IMG/VR virus record: IMGVR_UViG_3300027985_001833 | Location: 14,539-78,538 of that record | Origin: a virus | Length of the DNA: 64,000 nucleotides | Reading direction: 5' to 3' (one strand) | Part shown: positions 8,586 through 18,758 of the stretch, piece by piece | Position numbering within the stretch: the first letter of the stretch is position 1 | Layout: each line of letters opens with the position of its first letter | Notes under the pieces: generated by a model | Told to the model about the DNA's origin: nothing | The model's input: the letters and a program-made list of their open reading frames with translations, nothing else | Database searches by the model: none | Position numbers and translations under genes: made by a program

Positions 8586-10734
8586 TGTTTACACTTGATT
8601 GATTGATGTTTTTGATTTGTTCTCTTAGCTCTTGAGTTTCTTTTTTGTGCAGCTGATAGAGTTGTTTAATCGCGCCCAACAAAAACATAGTTGAATCGCT
8701 CAAATCTAAAAAGTGATCGCCTTCATCTGGATCTAATGCGCCTTTCATTGGCCAAGGTATCGTGGATTCATCACCTTTATTCACGTCATATGTTTTTCCG
8801 CCTTTTTCAATTTTCACAACTTCATTTGTTGGTTGATAATTTTCAATTAATGCTAAATCATCATAAGTATCAAACGTAGTCAATGAATTTTTATACATCA
8901 AGTTGTTCGCATATACATAATCCCAATAATTCGTAGCGCTGCCTAGATTGCGTGCTGCTGCTGCATATGGTATGAAATCCGAAATAGTGGTCCCTTGTAA
9001 ATTAAAACCATCTGTATAAATAGTGCCATCTATGTACAGATCATCCCATTCATAAGATGCCCCGCCTAGATTGTATATTCCATCCGTTGTTGGAACAAAA
9101 TTGGCTGCGCACCCTTCGCCTGCATCTATGGATAAATTCAACGTGTCCACGTTTGCCACACCGTCTATGTATAAATTTTTCCATTGTGCCGTTGCGGCTC
9201 CAAGATCATAAATGTCATCGCCATCTGGTGTCAGGTTAGAAACCACACCGCCACCAGCTCCGCTGGCGCAATTCAATCTATCTATGTATGCTGTACCATC
9301 TATATATAAATCTTGCCATTCATAAGATAAACCACCAAGATCATATAGTCCATCCGTAGTTGGAACAAAATCGCCTGCACACCCTTCGCCTGACGCATAT
9401 GACAAATCCAAAGTGTCAATATGCGCTGTCGCATTTATCCATATTTCATGCCATTGATATGTTGTGTTGCCTAGATCATAAATATCATCTGTAATCGGAA
9501 CAAAATGACTGCCAACGCCTTCGCCGCCAACATCCGATAACACTAAACCATCTATGGTTGCAGAACCATTCAAATATAAATTTCTCCATTGATATGTTGT
9601 GTTGCCTAGATCATAAGCATTGTCAAATTTGGGAACAAAATGGCTGCCAACGCCTTCGCCAGATGTTGTAGAAATGGTTAGCGAATCAGTTGTAAGATTG
9701 CCATCAAAATATCCATCTTGCCATTGAAAAATGCTGGAGCCTAGATCATATGCATCATCGACATTGGGCACCAAAGCAGTTTCCACGTTGCCACTGACGA
9801 TTAAATTTTGTACACCAACTGTTCCTGAAAAATGGCCATCTTTCCACCTTTTGGTGATTGTTCCTATATCATAGGCATCATCTGTTTTGGGATAAAAATC
9901 CTGCCCCAAACCATCAGCAAATATATCAATCCACGATTGGCTAAAAATGATTTGTCCACTTGTATCAAATACGGTGGGCGGGTTCCCTGCGCCAGCACCA
10001 GTAACTGTGCCAACATAAGCATGCTCAGCAATCGTTGCACCAGAATATCTTTGTATACGCGGACCCAATAATGCCACTTTATATTCCGAAGCTGTGGTGC
10101 TTGCCGTGGATTGGCCCAATATACCGGTCGTTGTGATTTGGTTTACGCCGCCGCTCCATTGGACAGTGCATTCCTCGATTGCAATGGATTTATTGATTGC
10201 ACCTGTTGCCGGATTGTTCATCCACACTAAACACTTTCTGCCTGCATTCGATACGCTATTTTCTGTTACATTTGTAACATTAAACGTTAGTGTTCCACCA
10301 TTATCAACAACGCTATTTGGTTGAGATGATACCCCAATTTGATCCTGCCAAGATACATATTCAGGCTGACCATAAACCGGATTGATTTGAACATCAGTAG
10401 GTATGGCGGCGTATTTTATGTGGACATGATATATTACACCGCTAGCGTTTTCAAAATATAAATTGGTATTTTCAACATAGGACGGATTTACGTCTAAAAA
10501 ATGACCAACTCCGTCACATGCCAAACTCAAAGGATCGATCTTAGTCACTTGAATTTTGTCCGCACCATCAGCCGCAATGGTGGCCCCGAATCCTAACCAC
10601 CCTGAAGAACTGTAATTTTTAGAATTCATTTCATATATTTGATCATTTAAATAATTAAAAAATCGCGTACTAAAATCAGTAGTGCCTATGATTCGCTTGG
10701 TGGTAATTGCCAAATATTCTTTTCCAGTTGTCAT
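8572..10734 (-). CDS. tail fibre with internal repeats and C-terminal chaperone-like domain
   Basis: eight PxxDxxYDLGxxxxxWxxxYxxG repeats (~45 aa); C-terminal LLGAIKQL coiled coil; follows baseplate genes. Confidence 0.8.
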   Translation of the reverse strand: MTTGKEYLAITTKRIIGTTDFSTRFFNYLNDQIYEMNSKNYSSSGWLGFGATIAADGADKIQVTKIDPLSLACDGVGHFLDVNPSYVENTNLYFENASGVIYHVHIKYAAIPTDVQINPVYGQPEYVSWQDQIGVSSQPNSVVDNGGTLTFNVTNVTENSVSNAGRKCLVWMNNPATGAINKSIAIEECTVQWSGGVNQITTTGILGQSTASTTASEYKVALLGPRIQRYSGATIAEHAYVGTVTGAGAGNPPTVFDTSGQIIFSQSWIDIFADGLGQDFYPKTDDAYDIGTITKRWKDGHFSGTVGVQNLIVSGNVETALVPNVDDAYDLGSSIFQWQDGYFDGNLTTDSLTISTTSGEGVGSHFVPKFDNAYDLGNTTYQWRNLYLNGSATIDGLVLSDVGGEGVGSHFVPITDDIYDLGNTTYQWHEIWINATAHIDTLDLSYASGEGCAGDFVPTTDGLYDLGGLSYEWQDLYIDGTAYIDRLNCASGAGGGVVSNLTPDGDDIYDLGAATAQWKNLYIDGVANVDTLNLSIDAGEGCAANFVPTTDGIYNLGGASYEWDDLYIDGTIYTDGFNLQGTTISDFIPYAAAARNLGSATNYWDYVYANNLMYKNSLTTFDTYDDLALIENYQPTNEVVKIEKGGKTYDVNKGDESTIPWPMKGALDPDEGDHFLDLSDSTMFLLGAIKQLYQLHKKETQELREQIKNINQSSVNNERK
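8900..9900 (-). repeat. ~135-bp coding tandem repeats in tail fibre
   Basis: ccattgatatgttgtgttgcctagatcata recurs at ~9451 and ~9586 (135-bp period). Confidence 0.8.
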
Positions 10735-10742
10735 ATTTTCTC

Positions 10743-12620
10743 CTATGGGTTTATGTCAATCAATTTTATATCGCCTGGAATGTTAAACGCTTCTACCTCA
10801 TCTATCTGCACAGTGCTTCCAGGCGAGTGTATGAAACCGATTGAACCTTGCAAAAATGTTGAATCATTTACCTGCGCTATTAAATTATTGTCCACGTATA
10901 CGCTTAATTGCGTTGTTCCATTGTAATTATAAGCATGCATTCTTAATCCATACCACACATTTTCTTGCAAAATTCCCCACGGCGAATAAGAAACTGTTTG
11001 CAAAGATATCACACTAGAACCAGATTTTTTGGCCAACTTGATTTGATTACGATTGACGTTGATCAACGCAAGAAATCCATCGTATGTATGGCTTAAAAAC
11101 GGAGATACGTGTGTGACATATACTCCCATGCCAAACTCGACACCATCCCCTTTGATTCTTGAATATGCTACATAATCTTGCCATTGATACGAAGTTGGCC
11201 AATTTAATCTGATTATTCCGAAATAAGTGCTGTTTTCCATTTTGCCAATCCCGTCTTCATATATCAACTCATCGTCTATGATTCCAGGATCATACAAATC
11301 AATCCAATTTTCGGCATCGTAGGTGAATCTTTCTAAAATTTTCAGATAATGTACGGTTATTCTTTCACCAACAGGCCTTGTTAATTTCATAATACTTTCC
11401 ACTAATTGTCTATTTAGGTAACCATCATCTGTTATTCTCAAATTTGAGTGATATTCTGAATCCCCCACGCCAGGTATATCAATGATATGCGGGTCTCTTC
11501 CCTGATGTTCTTCGCCAAGCTGCGTAACATCAATTATCCATCTGAAATCAAACCAATTCCAAATTCGACAAGGCGCTTGAGTTAACAATTCCAATATGCT
11601 AATTGTTGTGCTTTCCACGCCTCTATCTTTCCAAAAGGCTATGGAAATTGATATTAATTTTCTGAGTGTATCGTAATCTAGTTGATCAGTAATATCAGAT
11701 AAATCATCCGTCCAACCAACAATATTTTTCATGTGCTGTAATAATCTATCTGGTATAGCGAGGATGTTCCAAAGATTTTTTAATGAAAATATAGAAGTGT
11801 GCGTGGTTTTCCAAATTTCTTGAAAACCTTGTAAAAATCTTTTTAAAAATAAACCATTTTGTAAATCTTCTAATCGTATGGAATTGGTAAGAAATCTATA
11901 CATTTCTAAATCAAGAATTTCAACTTCAATAACCGTTTCATATCCCAAAAATTGCGAAGTTGAGCCCGTTATAAGTTGATTAAATGCCAAATCTTGGAAT
12001 TTATCGCTTCCTGGTTGAGTAATTGTCACCGTGTACAATTCACCAGGTGTTTGGTTTGAAGTGATTATTGTAACGATTTCACTATCAACGTTTAAAACAT
12101 CAACGGCAATTAATCCTTTGTCAAATGAATAATTATTAGCTTCTCTGATGGCCCGTTCATCCAACATTGGTTCGCTGAAATTGATTTTAATTAAATTTGA
12201 ACTTATTGATTCGACCGTACTGATGGTTGGAATTTCGCCAATGCCTGTGTAAATTTGCGGTGTTGATCCCAAATCTATTGGCATCAATTCGGGATCGGTG
12301 GGCCCATTAACAGTAGCAATTGCCAATTGATACAAACTACCAATGGTATGTTCGGTGCAATTTATTTCAATCCAAGTCGGTTCTATGACATTTTCTGTTA
12401 TGATGCTATTTATTATTGGCTGAACGTCATCAGTTGTAGGACGTATAATTGTGTAATTCGAAATTTTAGTTAATGCGTCGTTCTTCAACATACCTCTGTC
12501 AAAAACAACACGAATTTTTTTTTCGTATGGTGTGACAGAAAGTATACCAACTTTCCCAGCAAGATGCGCAAAACCATTCAATTCAATGTTTGCTAAACCC
12601 CAACCAAAAATATCAGCCAT
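10743..12620 (-). CDS. baseplate wedge/tail protein (P2 gpI-like) with Ig-like and lectin-like domains
   Basis: central IPDRLL..M...VGW...LRKLI......W..RG; two N-terminal Ig-like repeats (F++PM); C-terminal concanavalin-like G.IGF...V.IDEV. Confidence 0.72.
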   Translation of the reverse strand: MADIFGWGLANIELNGFAHLAGKVGILSVTPYEKKIRVVFDRGMLKNDALTKISNYTIIRPTTDDVQPIINSIITENVIEPTWIEINCTEHTIGSLYQLAIATVNGPTDPELMPIDLGSTPQIYTGIGEIPTISTVESISSNLIKINFSEPMLDERAIREANNYSFDKGLIAVDVLNVDSEIVTIITSNQTPGELYTVTITQPGSDKFQDLAFNQLITGSTSQFLGYETVIEVEILDLEMYRFLTNSIRLEDLQNGLFLKRFLQGFQEIWKTTHTSIFSLKNLWNILAIPDRLLQHMKNIVGWTDDLSDITDQLDYDTLRKLISISIAFWKDRGVESTTISILELLTQAPCRIWNWFDFRWIIDVTQLGEEHQGRDPHIIDIPGVGDSEYHSNLRITDDGYLNRQLVESIMKLTRPVGERITVHYLKILERFTYDAENWIDLYDPGIIDDELIYEDGIGKMENSTYFGIIRLNWPTSYQWQDYVAYSRIKGDGVEFGMGVYVTHVSPFLSHTYDGFLALINVNRNQIKLAKKSGSSVISLQTVSYSPWGILQENVWYGLRMHAYNYNGTTQLSVYVDNNLIAQVNDSTFLQGSIGFIHSPGSTVQIDEVEAFNIPGDIKLIDINP

Positions 12621-13021
12621 TATTGAATCCTCAATCTAGTGGCCAAAATTCTGTAAGTGTCACCGTCAGGAATATTAACGGTTTGCGGTGTTCCAGAGCC
12701 ATTGTCCAATATCCCAAATAATTTGGGGATTCCCGAATCCCAAATAACCCAATGTGTTAATCCATTCCAATTAGCGCCGCTTGGTGTCCAATTGTATTCA
12801 ATTCCATTTGATTTTATGCCGCCTGATGCTGGTGGCCAGTTGGTGCTATTATTTGTTATTGATAATCTAGCATAACCGCCACCGGTGGGCTCTGTAATAT
12901 TGCTACCATCCGGATTAGGCGTGGTTGAAGAAAGCCCTAATTCAATAGTCACGCCTAATTTTGTGGCCGATGATCCTAACATATCGTCTAATATTGTATT
13001 TTTAAAAACAGTGAAATACAT
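12620..13021 (-). CDS. baseplate/tail structural protein
   Basis: LGLSST.P...G....EP.GGGYAR..I....W...SGG..SN motif typical of phage tail proteins. Confidence 0.7.
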   Translation of the reverse strand: MYFTVFKNTILDDMLGSSATKLGVTIELGLSSTTPNPDGSNITEPTGGGYARLSITNNSTNWPPASGGIKSNGIEYNWTPSGANWNGLTHWVIWDSGIPKLFGILDNGSGTPQTVNIPDGDTYRILATRLRIQ

Positions 13022-13029
13022 CGCTACCT

Positions 13030-15195
13030 CTATGATGGTGTTATTACGGTTATGTTCAGCGTTCCAAGTATTGGCAACTCTCTTGGTTGTAATTGCACCC
13101 CGCTACTACCGGGGACGGAAATTTCAACTTTGGTTATGTTGTCTTCATCTACAGCAAAAATCTCATGATTTAGTCTAGATACTTCAATTAATTCACCAAA
13201 ATCCCACTCGTATGCGACCCCATCATCTTTCAAAGCATTAGGTTGTAATATTTGTGTTAATTTTGTTTCAATAGTGCTTTTTTCTATGTTGCCATATACG
13301 ATTGCTGTTATATCGATGCTTCTTTGGTTGTAATTCACTGCTACAACTTGTTGATTGGCCACGATTCTTTGCGGCAAAGGTGGATTGGCATATTTATCGC
13401 CGTTGAAATATTCTTCAATTGCTAACAATTGAGCCGATGATGCCAATCCGCCGCCCTTGGCCATAACAACTAATTCAACGGTTTTTGGTCCATACCCCTC
13501 TTCGATTGCAAATGCCCTTTCAAATGGATTAGAACCATCGGTTCCTTCATAATCCTTGGCCATGGCAATAACGTCATCTGGCCCAATAGCAACATTTTTT
13601 GTTCTGATGGATGCCGGTCCTTCGATTTTAACTCTAGCCAATGAGGTTTCGCTTGCCCCGTCTGCCTCTGCCCAACCAGTTGCTTGTCTTGGATTTTTGG
13701 CATTATCGATAAAAGTTAATCCGGTTTTATCAATTGTAATTGTATTTGCTCCAACATTTCCATCTGCACCACCTCCATATCTAAACGATATGATTATGTT
13801 GCCAATTCCAATTGGGGGTACGGCACCCTTTTCGTTTCCGCCGAATATTATAGTGGCAACATCATTTTCACCTAAAATTATCATGTAATGTTTGTCTGTG
13901 GGCGATGAATCTAAAAAATTATTTACTCTTGCCCATATATCACCACCAACTGTTACAATTTCGCTTCCCCACAAAAAATTCTCCTCACTTAATTTAAATT
14001 GTTGATCGGACAAACCGGTTGAATTAAACGGTGAATCTGTTTTTGTTCTGCCTTGTGTAACTAATTTTTTCACATATTGCTTCCCAGCGTCCATTTTTGT
14101 GTATTGAAAAATTGGCGCTGTAGGCGTAGTGACAGTTGTGATTCTATATCTTAGCCAAAAAGCATTTTTATTATCGATTTCAGTTGAGATCCAATCTTTA
14201 GTTAAAGTTTGCGGTAACGTAAATGTTACATTGCCATTTTGTGTTAAATTTTGAGTATTATCTATGACTTCTAATATAGTCCAATCAGAACCAATAGTGT
14301 AATCAGTTGGATTTATAGATGGCGATATTTGACCCAATAATGCACTTGTAGTTGCGATATTTGCTGTGCCGCTCCATGCACTAAACACATCTTCAAATGC
14401 TGCCGATGAATTGAGTTGTATTCTGATTTTAGTTCCTTGTCGATTGCTGGAACCAAGTAATGATGTTAAATCAAATTGAAGCGTAGTGCCAAGATCTGTA
14501 ACTGATGTTGGCGAAGTTTTGCTCCAGTCTCCATCGTAAAATTCCCACACTCCAATTATATTCGCTGCTGCTGTGGTTAAAACCACGCTTAAAACATCCC
14601 ACAATACTTGTTTGTGGCCAAAGTAAATAGCGTCTTTCGAATCAGGCGTTGCCCATGGCGTAAAATCATCAGCAGGTGTTATTGTTGAATTTGCTTTTGC
14701 GGTATAATCTGTGAATACTCCGTTTTCATCTGCCAATACGTAACTATGTTGATCAGTTCTGTCGATAGTAAGTGAGGTCAATGCTTCATAATAAATTGGA
14801 TCAGAACTATCGGTTTTGGTTGTTGCTATTTGAGCGCGTTCTGGAATGATTTCAAAAGAAGTCGTGAAAACTTTTGATAATTGATAAATAATATCGGCTT
14901 GGGCTGGTGATGCTGGTCTCATTTCATAATCGATCAATCTAAGCATGTTTCTGACTGTTTCAGTTAATTGTGCTGTTGGCAATGTGTTTTCGTTGGCTAC
15001 CATATCAATTAAACAATTATTCAAGTGTGAAACTAATGCCATCATTTTCATAAATTGAATTGAAGGCTCAACATCTGATTCATCAGTTAATTCTGGTACA
15101 TATTCTCTTTTGTATTTGATCAATGCTTCCAATATGTTCGGATAGTAAAATGCTGTGAAATCGAAACTAGGTATTGTTACTATTGCACTGGTCAT
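13030..15195 (-). CDS. baseplate J-like wedge protein
   Basis: PELTD...EP, NE..LPTA, GGG..GNVGANTI, NP..ATG...A.ET, A+..DD; large central insertion. Confidence 0.88.
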   Translation of the reverse strand: MTSAIVTIPSFDFTAFYYPNILEALIKYKREYVPELTDESDVEPSIQFMKMMALVSHLNNCLIDMVANENTLPTAQLTETVRNMLRLIDYEMRPASPAQADIIYQLSKVFTTSFEIIPERAQIATTKTDSSDPIYYEALTSLTIDRTDQHSYVLADENGVFTDYTAKANSTITPADDFTPWATPDSKDAIYFGHKQVLWDVLSVVLTTAAANIIGVWEFYDGDWSKTSPTSVTDLGTTLQFDLTSLLGSSNRQGTKIRIQLNSSAAFEDVFSAWSGTANIATTSALLGQISPSINPTDYTIGSDWTILEVIDNTQNLTQNGNVTFTLPQTLTKDWISTEIDNKNAFWLRYRITTVTTPTAPIFQYTKMDAGKQYVKKLVTQGRTKTDSPFNSTGLSDQQFKLSEENFLWGSEIVTVGGDIWARVNNFLDSSPTDKHYMIILGENDVATIIFGGNEKGAVPPIGIGNIIISFRYGGGADGNVGANTITIDKTGLTFIDNAKNPRQATGWAEADGASETSLARVKIEGPASIRTKNVAIGPDDVIAMAKDYEGTDGSNPFERAFAIEEGYGPKTVELVVMAKGGGLASSAQLLAIEEYFNGDKYANPPLPQRIVANQQVVAVNYNQRSIDITAIVYGNIEKSTIETKLTQILQPNALKDDGVAYEWDFGELIEVSRLNHEIFAVDEDNITKVEISVPGSSGVQLQPRELPILGTLNITVITPS

Positions 15196-15206
15196 CTATT
15201 TTGCCT

Positions 15207-15587
15207 TTATGCCTTACTACCATAGTTTTTTTCAAATTCATTTATTTTATCGCTTTCGATGTTCAAATAACGAAAACTAAGTGTTATGGTTCCATCGCTA
15301 TCATCGTAATTCCATTTCATAGTATCTCCTAATAATTTGAAACGATTTTGAGCTTGGAAATTTTTAAAAATACGTTTAATTCTATTGGTAATTTGCGCCC
15401 TAATTGAATCATCTGCAATATCAAATATCATATTTTGCCCAAGTGTTATATTTTGCATATAAGCGTTTTCATTGTCTCCATCGCCTAAGGCCAACGCGAT
15501 TATTTTTTTATCTTGTTCGTCGCCATGGACCAATGCCAATCCGCCATTTGGTCCAACGCTTATGGGAACTTTTAATCCTGTTGGCAT
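15207..15587 (-). CDS. baseplate wedge/sheath initiator (gp25/GpW-like)
   Basis: position before baseplate J; degenerate G....+FD...I...I pattern. Confidence 0.65.
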   Translation of the reverse strand: MPTGLKVPISVGPNGGLALVHGDEQDKKIIALALGDGDNENAYMQNITLGQNMIFDIADDSIRAQITNRIKRIFKNFQAQNRFKLLGDTMKWNYDDSDGTITLSFRYLNIESDKINEFEKNYGSKA

Positions 15588-15596
15588 ATTGATCTC

Positions 15597-16091
15597 CTAT
15601 AGAATTGGCGCATACACGCCGCTAGGTGGCGGAGTCATAGTCGCGATACCACCTAATTGCAACGAGTGCAAAGCCTCAGCCACGGCAGCAGTGGCTGATT
15701 CAATATCTAAGTTGTTAGATATATTTGCTGCAAAAATCGGTTCTAGTGTTGTTGCTATAGTTGTTAAATTTGGTGGAGGCATAGCGATCATGATCAATGG
15801 AGTGGTGACCCATATGGTTGGCGCCGATGCAATGACCGTATTCCAGAATGCAACAATTCCGGCTTGAAGTATTGCACAACCATTTGGCGCTGAATTTATC
15901 CCAACCATTGCTGCTTTCATAGACGTTATGGCACCAACCAGAGAATTTGGAGTCACAGAAATGCCTAAAACTGTAGATTCATTGAAATAATTTTCCCAAG
16001 CTGTTGACCAATTGGCAATGCCTTCTGTTTCTGTTGCCACTGGAACCATTATTTTTAATTCATTTGCTAATGTTGTATGTGTTAATGGCAT
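15597..16091 (-). CDS. baseplate-region structural protein
   Basis: likely start MPLTH at 16091; lies between spike and gp25-like genes. Confidence 0.5.
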   Translation of the reverse strand: MPLTHTTLANELKIMVPVATETEGIANWSTAWENYFNESTVLGISVTPNSLVGAITSMKAAMVGINSAPNGCAILQAGIVAFWNTVIASAPTIWVTTPLIMIAMPPPNLTTIATTLEPIFAANISNNLDIESATAAVAEALHSLQLGGIATMTPPPSGVYAPIL

Positions 16092-16092
16092 A

Positions 16093-16824
16093 TTATTTAA
16101 CCTTTGTAGTGGTGCTAATATTGTTAATAGGCAACAAAACAATTGGCGCCCCTGTTGGCCCGAATGGTCCTGGATGCGTATGGACATCGTAAGTAATTTT
16201 GAAATCATCTCCTCTTATCAAATAATTATCTGCTCCATTCCCTAGATTGACGTCATCTGAATTTGCTGAAATTTTATTGCTTTCCATGCTAATGGCTTGA
16301 TCTGTTGCATTTAATTCAACGAATGAGCCATTAGCGTCGGTCAGTAAAATCGAACCATCTTCGTTGAATGTTAAAAATGCTGTTTTTTCATTTTGTCGCC
16401 AAGATATGTGAATTTTTTGCTCACCATTTGTATCATCGAAATAAATAATGTGTCCTGATGGCGTGGCGAATCCTCTTCGTTTTCCATAATTGTCGATAAA
16501 ATCTGCCGGAATGGGTCTTGATTCGTTTTCACCATACGTCTCTTCATCGGTCCAATGCCTTTTTCCGGTCCAATATATATCTAATCCATCAATCGTGGAT
16601 TGTCCAAATATTTCATCCGTATCTGAATCGCTTGCAACTTCAATTTCTACAATTTCACCAACATCGGGAATATGAAACCAACCCCAATCAAATTTAGGTA
16701 ATACCCAATCGGGCAATTCGGCATTTTCATCTCCCAAAAGGCCAGCGCAGGCGACTTTGATTCTGCCTCTGTATTCTTCGTCTGAATTTGAAGTCACTAT
16801 TGCGTCGTATTTTTCTAATTTCAT
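16093..16824 (-). CDS. baseplate central spike (gp5/GpV-like)
   Basis: D.E.RGRIKV..W..P...GWFHIPDVGE.V OB-fold; TPSGH.I.FDD beta-helix; C-terminal HTH metal-binding tip. Confidence 0.9.
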   Translation of the reverse strand: MKLEKYDAIVTSNSDEEYRGRIKVACAGLLGDENAELPDWVLPKFDWGWFHIPDVGEIVEIEVASDSDTDEIFGQSTIDGLDIYWTGKRHWTDEETYGENESRPIPADFIDNYGKRRGFATPSGHIIYFDDTNGEQKIHISWRQNEKTAFLTFNEDGSILLTDANGSFVELNATDQAISMESNKISANSDDVNLGNGADNYLIRGDDFKITYDVHTHPGPFGPTGAPIVLLPINNISTTTKVK

Positions 16825-17948
16825 TATGGTACCACTTTCCTGCCGTTAAATTCGCAAATATACCCATCAGAATTGCTTAATGTGTGTCTAACCTTGGAGA
16901 AATAGTATCTGCCATTATACGCAGCAGAAATGCCGTCTATGCTATGTATTTGTCTTGCCATCAACGTTTCCAGCCCTATCGTCCTCCCCTCGGATAGGAT
17001 GAAATTCTCTCTTTGTCTTCTGAACCATTGCGCAACCCACGTCTCAACATCGGCTTCGGTTCTGAATCGCTTATCGCTGATTACTTCAAATGAATAATTT
17101 CCAAAAAATAATTGTATGGCAGATGCCGTAGTGTATTCACCCAAAACCGGTTCCAACGGATCGATTGCAGCATCCATCTCTGGTGTTTTATTGTTTTTTT
17201 CTTCGATGTCAACTTTAATCACTCTGCCAGTTTTGACATCTTTTACCACAGCGCTGATTTTTGTTTTCGCACCTTTGATTAATAATTCTGGTCTGAATTG
17301 GAGTAAAGATGATAGATCCCCTTGGTTGTAAATGAAATTATATTCCTTTTCTTGTACTAATCCTTTAGGGCTTTTAAAATGCAAGGTCCAAACTCCATTT
17401 TCATCGCCATCCACCCAAAAAATATATCCAGTTATGTTGGCTAACCCTTGAATAAACGCATAATCAGTTATGCCGGATTTTTGAATAAATCTTTTTGGTT
17501 TTTCTGTTGTATCATCGATATCAGATTTGAATCCGTATTCGCCTGCCACTATTTTTACTGCATCGCTGTATTTGCTGTCCTTGTAAACTCGTTTTTTTGA
17601 TTCTTGTGGCTCATTATCCATGTTGGCATCTTTGGTGTAGCCTGACACCGTTAAGGTTGGTATCCCCTCTTGTGGATAAGATGGAACTTGTTTGAACAAA
17701 ACAACCCTCCCTACGTGACGCAATGGCTCTTTATATCCGAAATACAAACTCATTTCATTCCCTGGCTGAAATAGTTTTGCATCGGATAATATGTTATCTG
17801 GATTGATACACACTAATCGAGCAACATCTGCCATGCCATCAGCGCTTTCATACTCTACCCGTTGAATAAATTTATTAACATTTTCTGTTAAATCTTTATT
17901 TTCAATTGTTAACGCATATTTGGGTGCAAATGTAAAATCATCCATCAT
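16824..17948 (-). CDS. baseplate hub (GpD/gp27-like late control protein)
   Basis: YFGY, Q...TDY.F+..LA...GY.F, G.YY...VRH. Confidence 0.88.
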   Translation of the reverse strand: MMDDFTFAPKYALTIENKDLTENVNKFIQRVEYESADGMADVARLVCINPDNILSDAKLFQPGNEMSLYFGYKEPLRHVGRVVLFKQVPSYPQEGIPTLTVSGYTKDANMDNEPQESKKRVYKDSKYSDAVKIVAGEYGFKSDIDDTTEKPKRFIQKSGITDYAFIQGLANITGYIFWVDGDENGVWTLHFKSPKGLVQEKEYNFIYNQGDLSSLLQFRPELLIKGAKTKISAVVKDVKTGRVIKVDIEEKNNKTPEMDAAIDPLEPVLGEYTTASAIQLFFGNYSFEVISDKRFRTEADVETWVAQWFRRQRENFILSEGRTIGLETLMARQIHSIDGISAAYNGRYYFSKVRHTLSNSDGYICEFNGRKVVP

Positions 17949-18757
17949 TATTCACCATTGGAAATTATATGCGAAACATAATTTCTATTTCTTCTATCCA
18001 AAACCATCAACATCAATTCACGTTGAGGTGTGCTTTTTTTATTAGTTATGTTTTGAAAAATTATTGAGCCAGGAGCAATTATTTCTCTTCTTAATGTGGC
18101 TTTTGATGGTAATTTGATAATATCTGCCGGTTGAATGTTTAATTTTGTTGGATGTCTTTTTCTGATTATATCGCCCATTTCAGCAGAACCGTATTCACGA
18201 TAGGTTAACATTTCGTAATAATCACGTAATGCTGCCCTATGATATCTAGTTTCGCCAGATGTACTTGCCGCCAATGAAAAAGGTTCATATCTTGTTAAAT
18301 TAATAGTGAGTTTTGCTCTTCTAAATTTGCCTAATTTGGTTGGTTTATCATACGCAATATTGCCTAAACTGGTTATAATACACGAAGCCATACCCACCAT
18401 TCCATCGCCAACGGAAAATGATAATATTGGTGGTCTGCCTAAATTTTCATCTCTCTGTTTCCATGATTTAAGCGTATCTAGATCATCTTTAACATCACCA
18501 ACGAAATCAAAAACAGTTTTACCTGTAAAACCGCTATGATTAAACATAGTGGCCACAAATGATATCGTATCGGCTTCGCCGCTTAAAAATTGAATTATGG
18601 GATTTTGTCTATTTAACGATGTTTGGATAGAATATTTATTGCTAGTTTCTTCTTTTAATTCCTCTGGCGGAAATTGACCTTGGATGATAGACGGCGGCGT
18701 AACGTCCTCGTTACTAAGATACCATACATTTTTACTTAATAAATCTAACAATCCCAT
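17948..18757 (-). CDS. tail tube initiator (GpU/CIS-tube) with LysM-like C-terminal domain
   Basis: QF.SGE..TISF, RPP.L.F..G, RA.+.I.L..Y; YG......I......I.P...I.LP. Confidence 0.75.
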   Translation of the reverse strand: MGLLDLLSKNVWYLSNEDVTPPSIIQGQFPPEELKEETSNKYSIQTSLNRQNPIIQFLSGEADTISFVATMFNHSGFTGKTVFDFVGDVKDDLDTLKSWKQRDENLGRPPILSFSVGDGMVGMASCIITSLGNIAYDKPTKLGKFRRAKLTINLTRYEPFSLAASTSGETRYHRAALRDYYEMLTYREYGSAEMGDIIRKRHPTKLNIQPADIIKLPSKATLRREIIAPGSIIFQNITNKKSTPQRELMLMVLDRRNRNYVSHIISNGE

Positions 18758-18758
18758 A

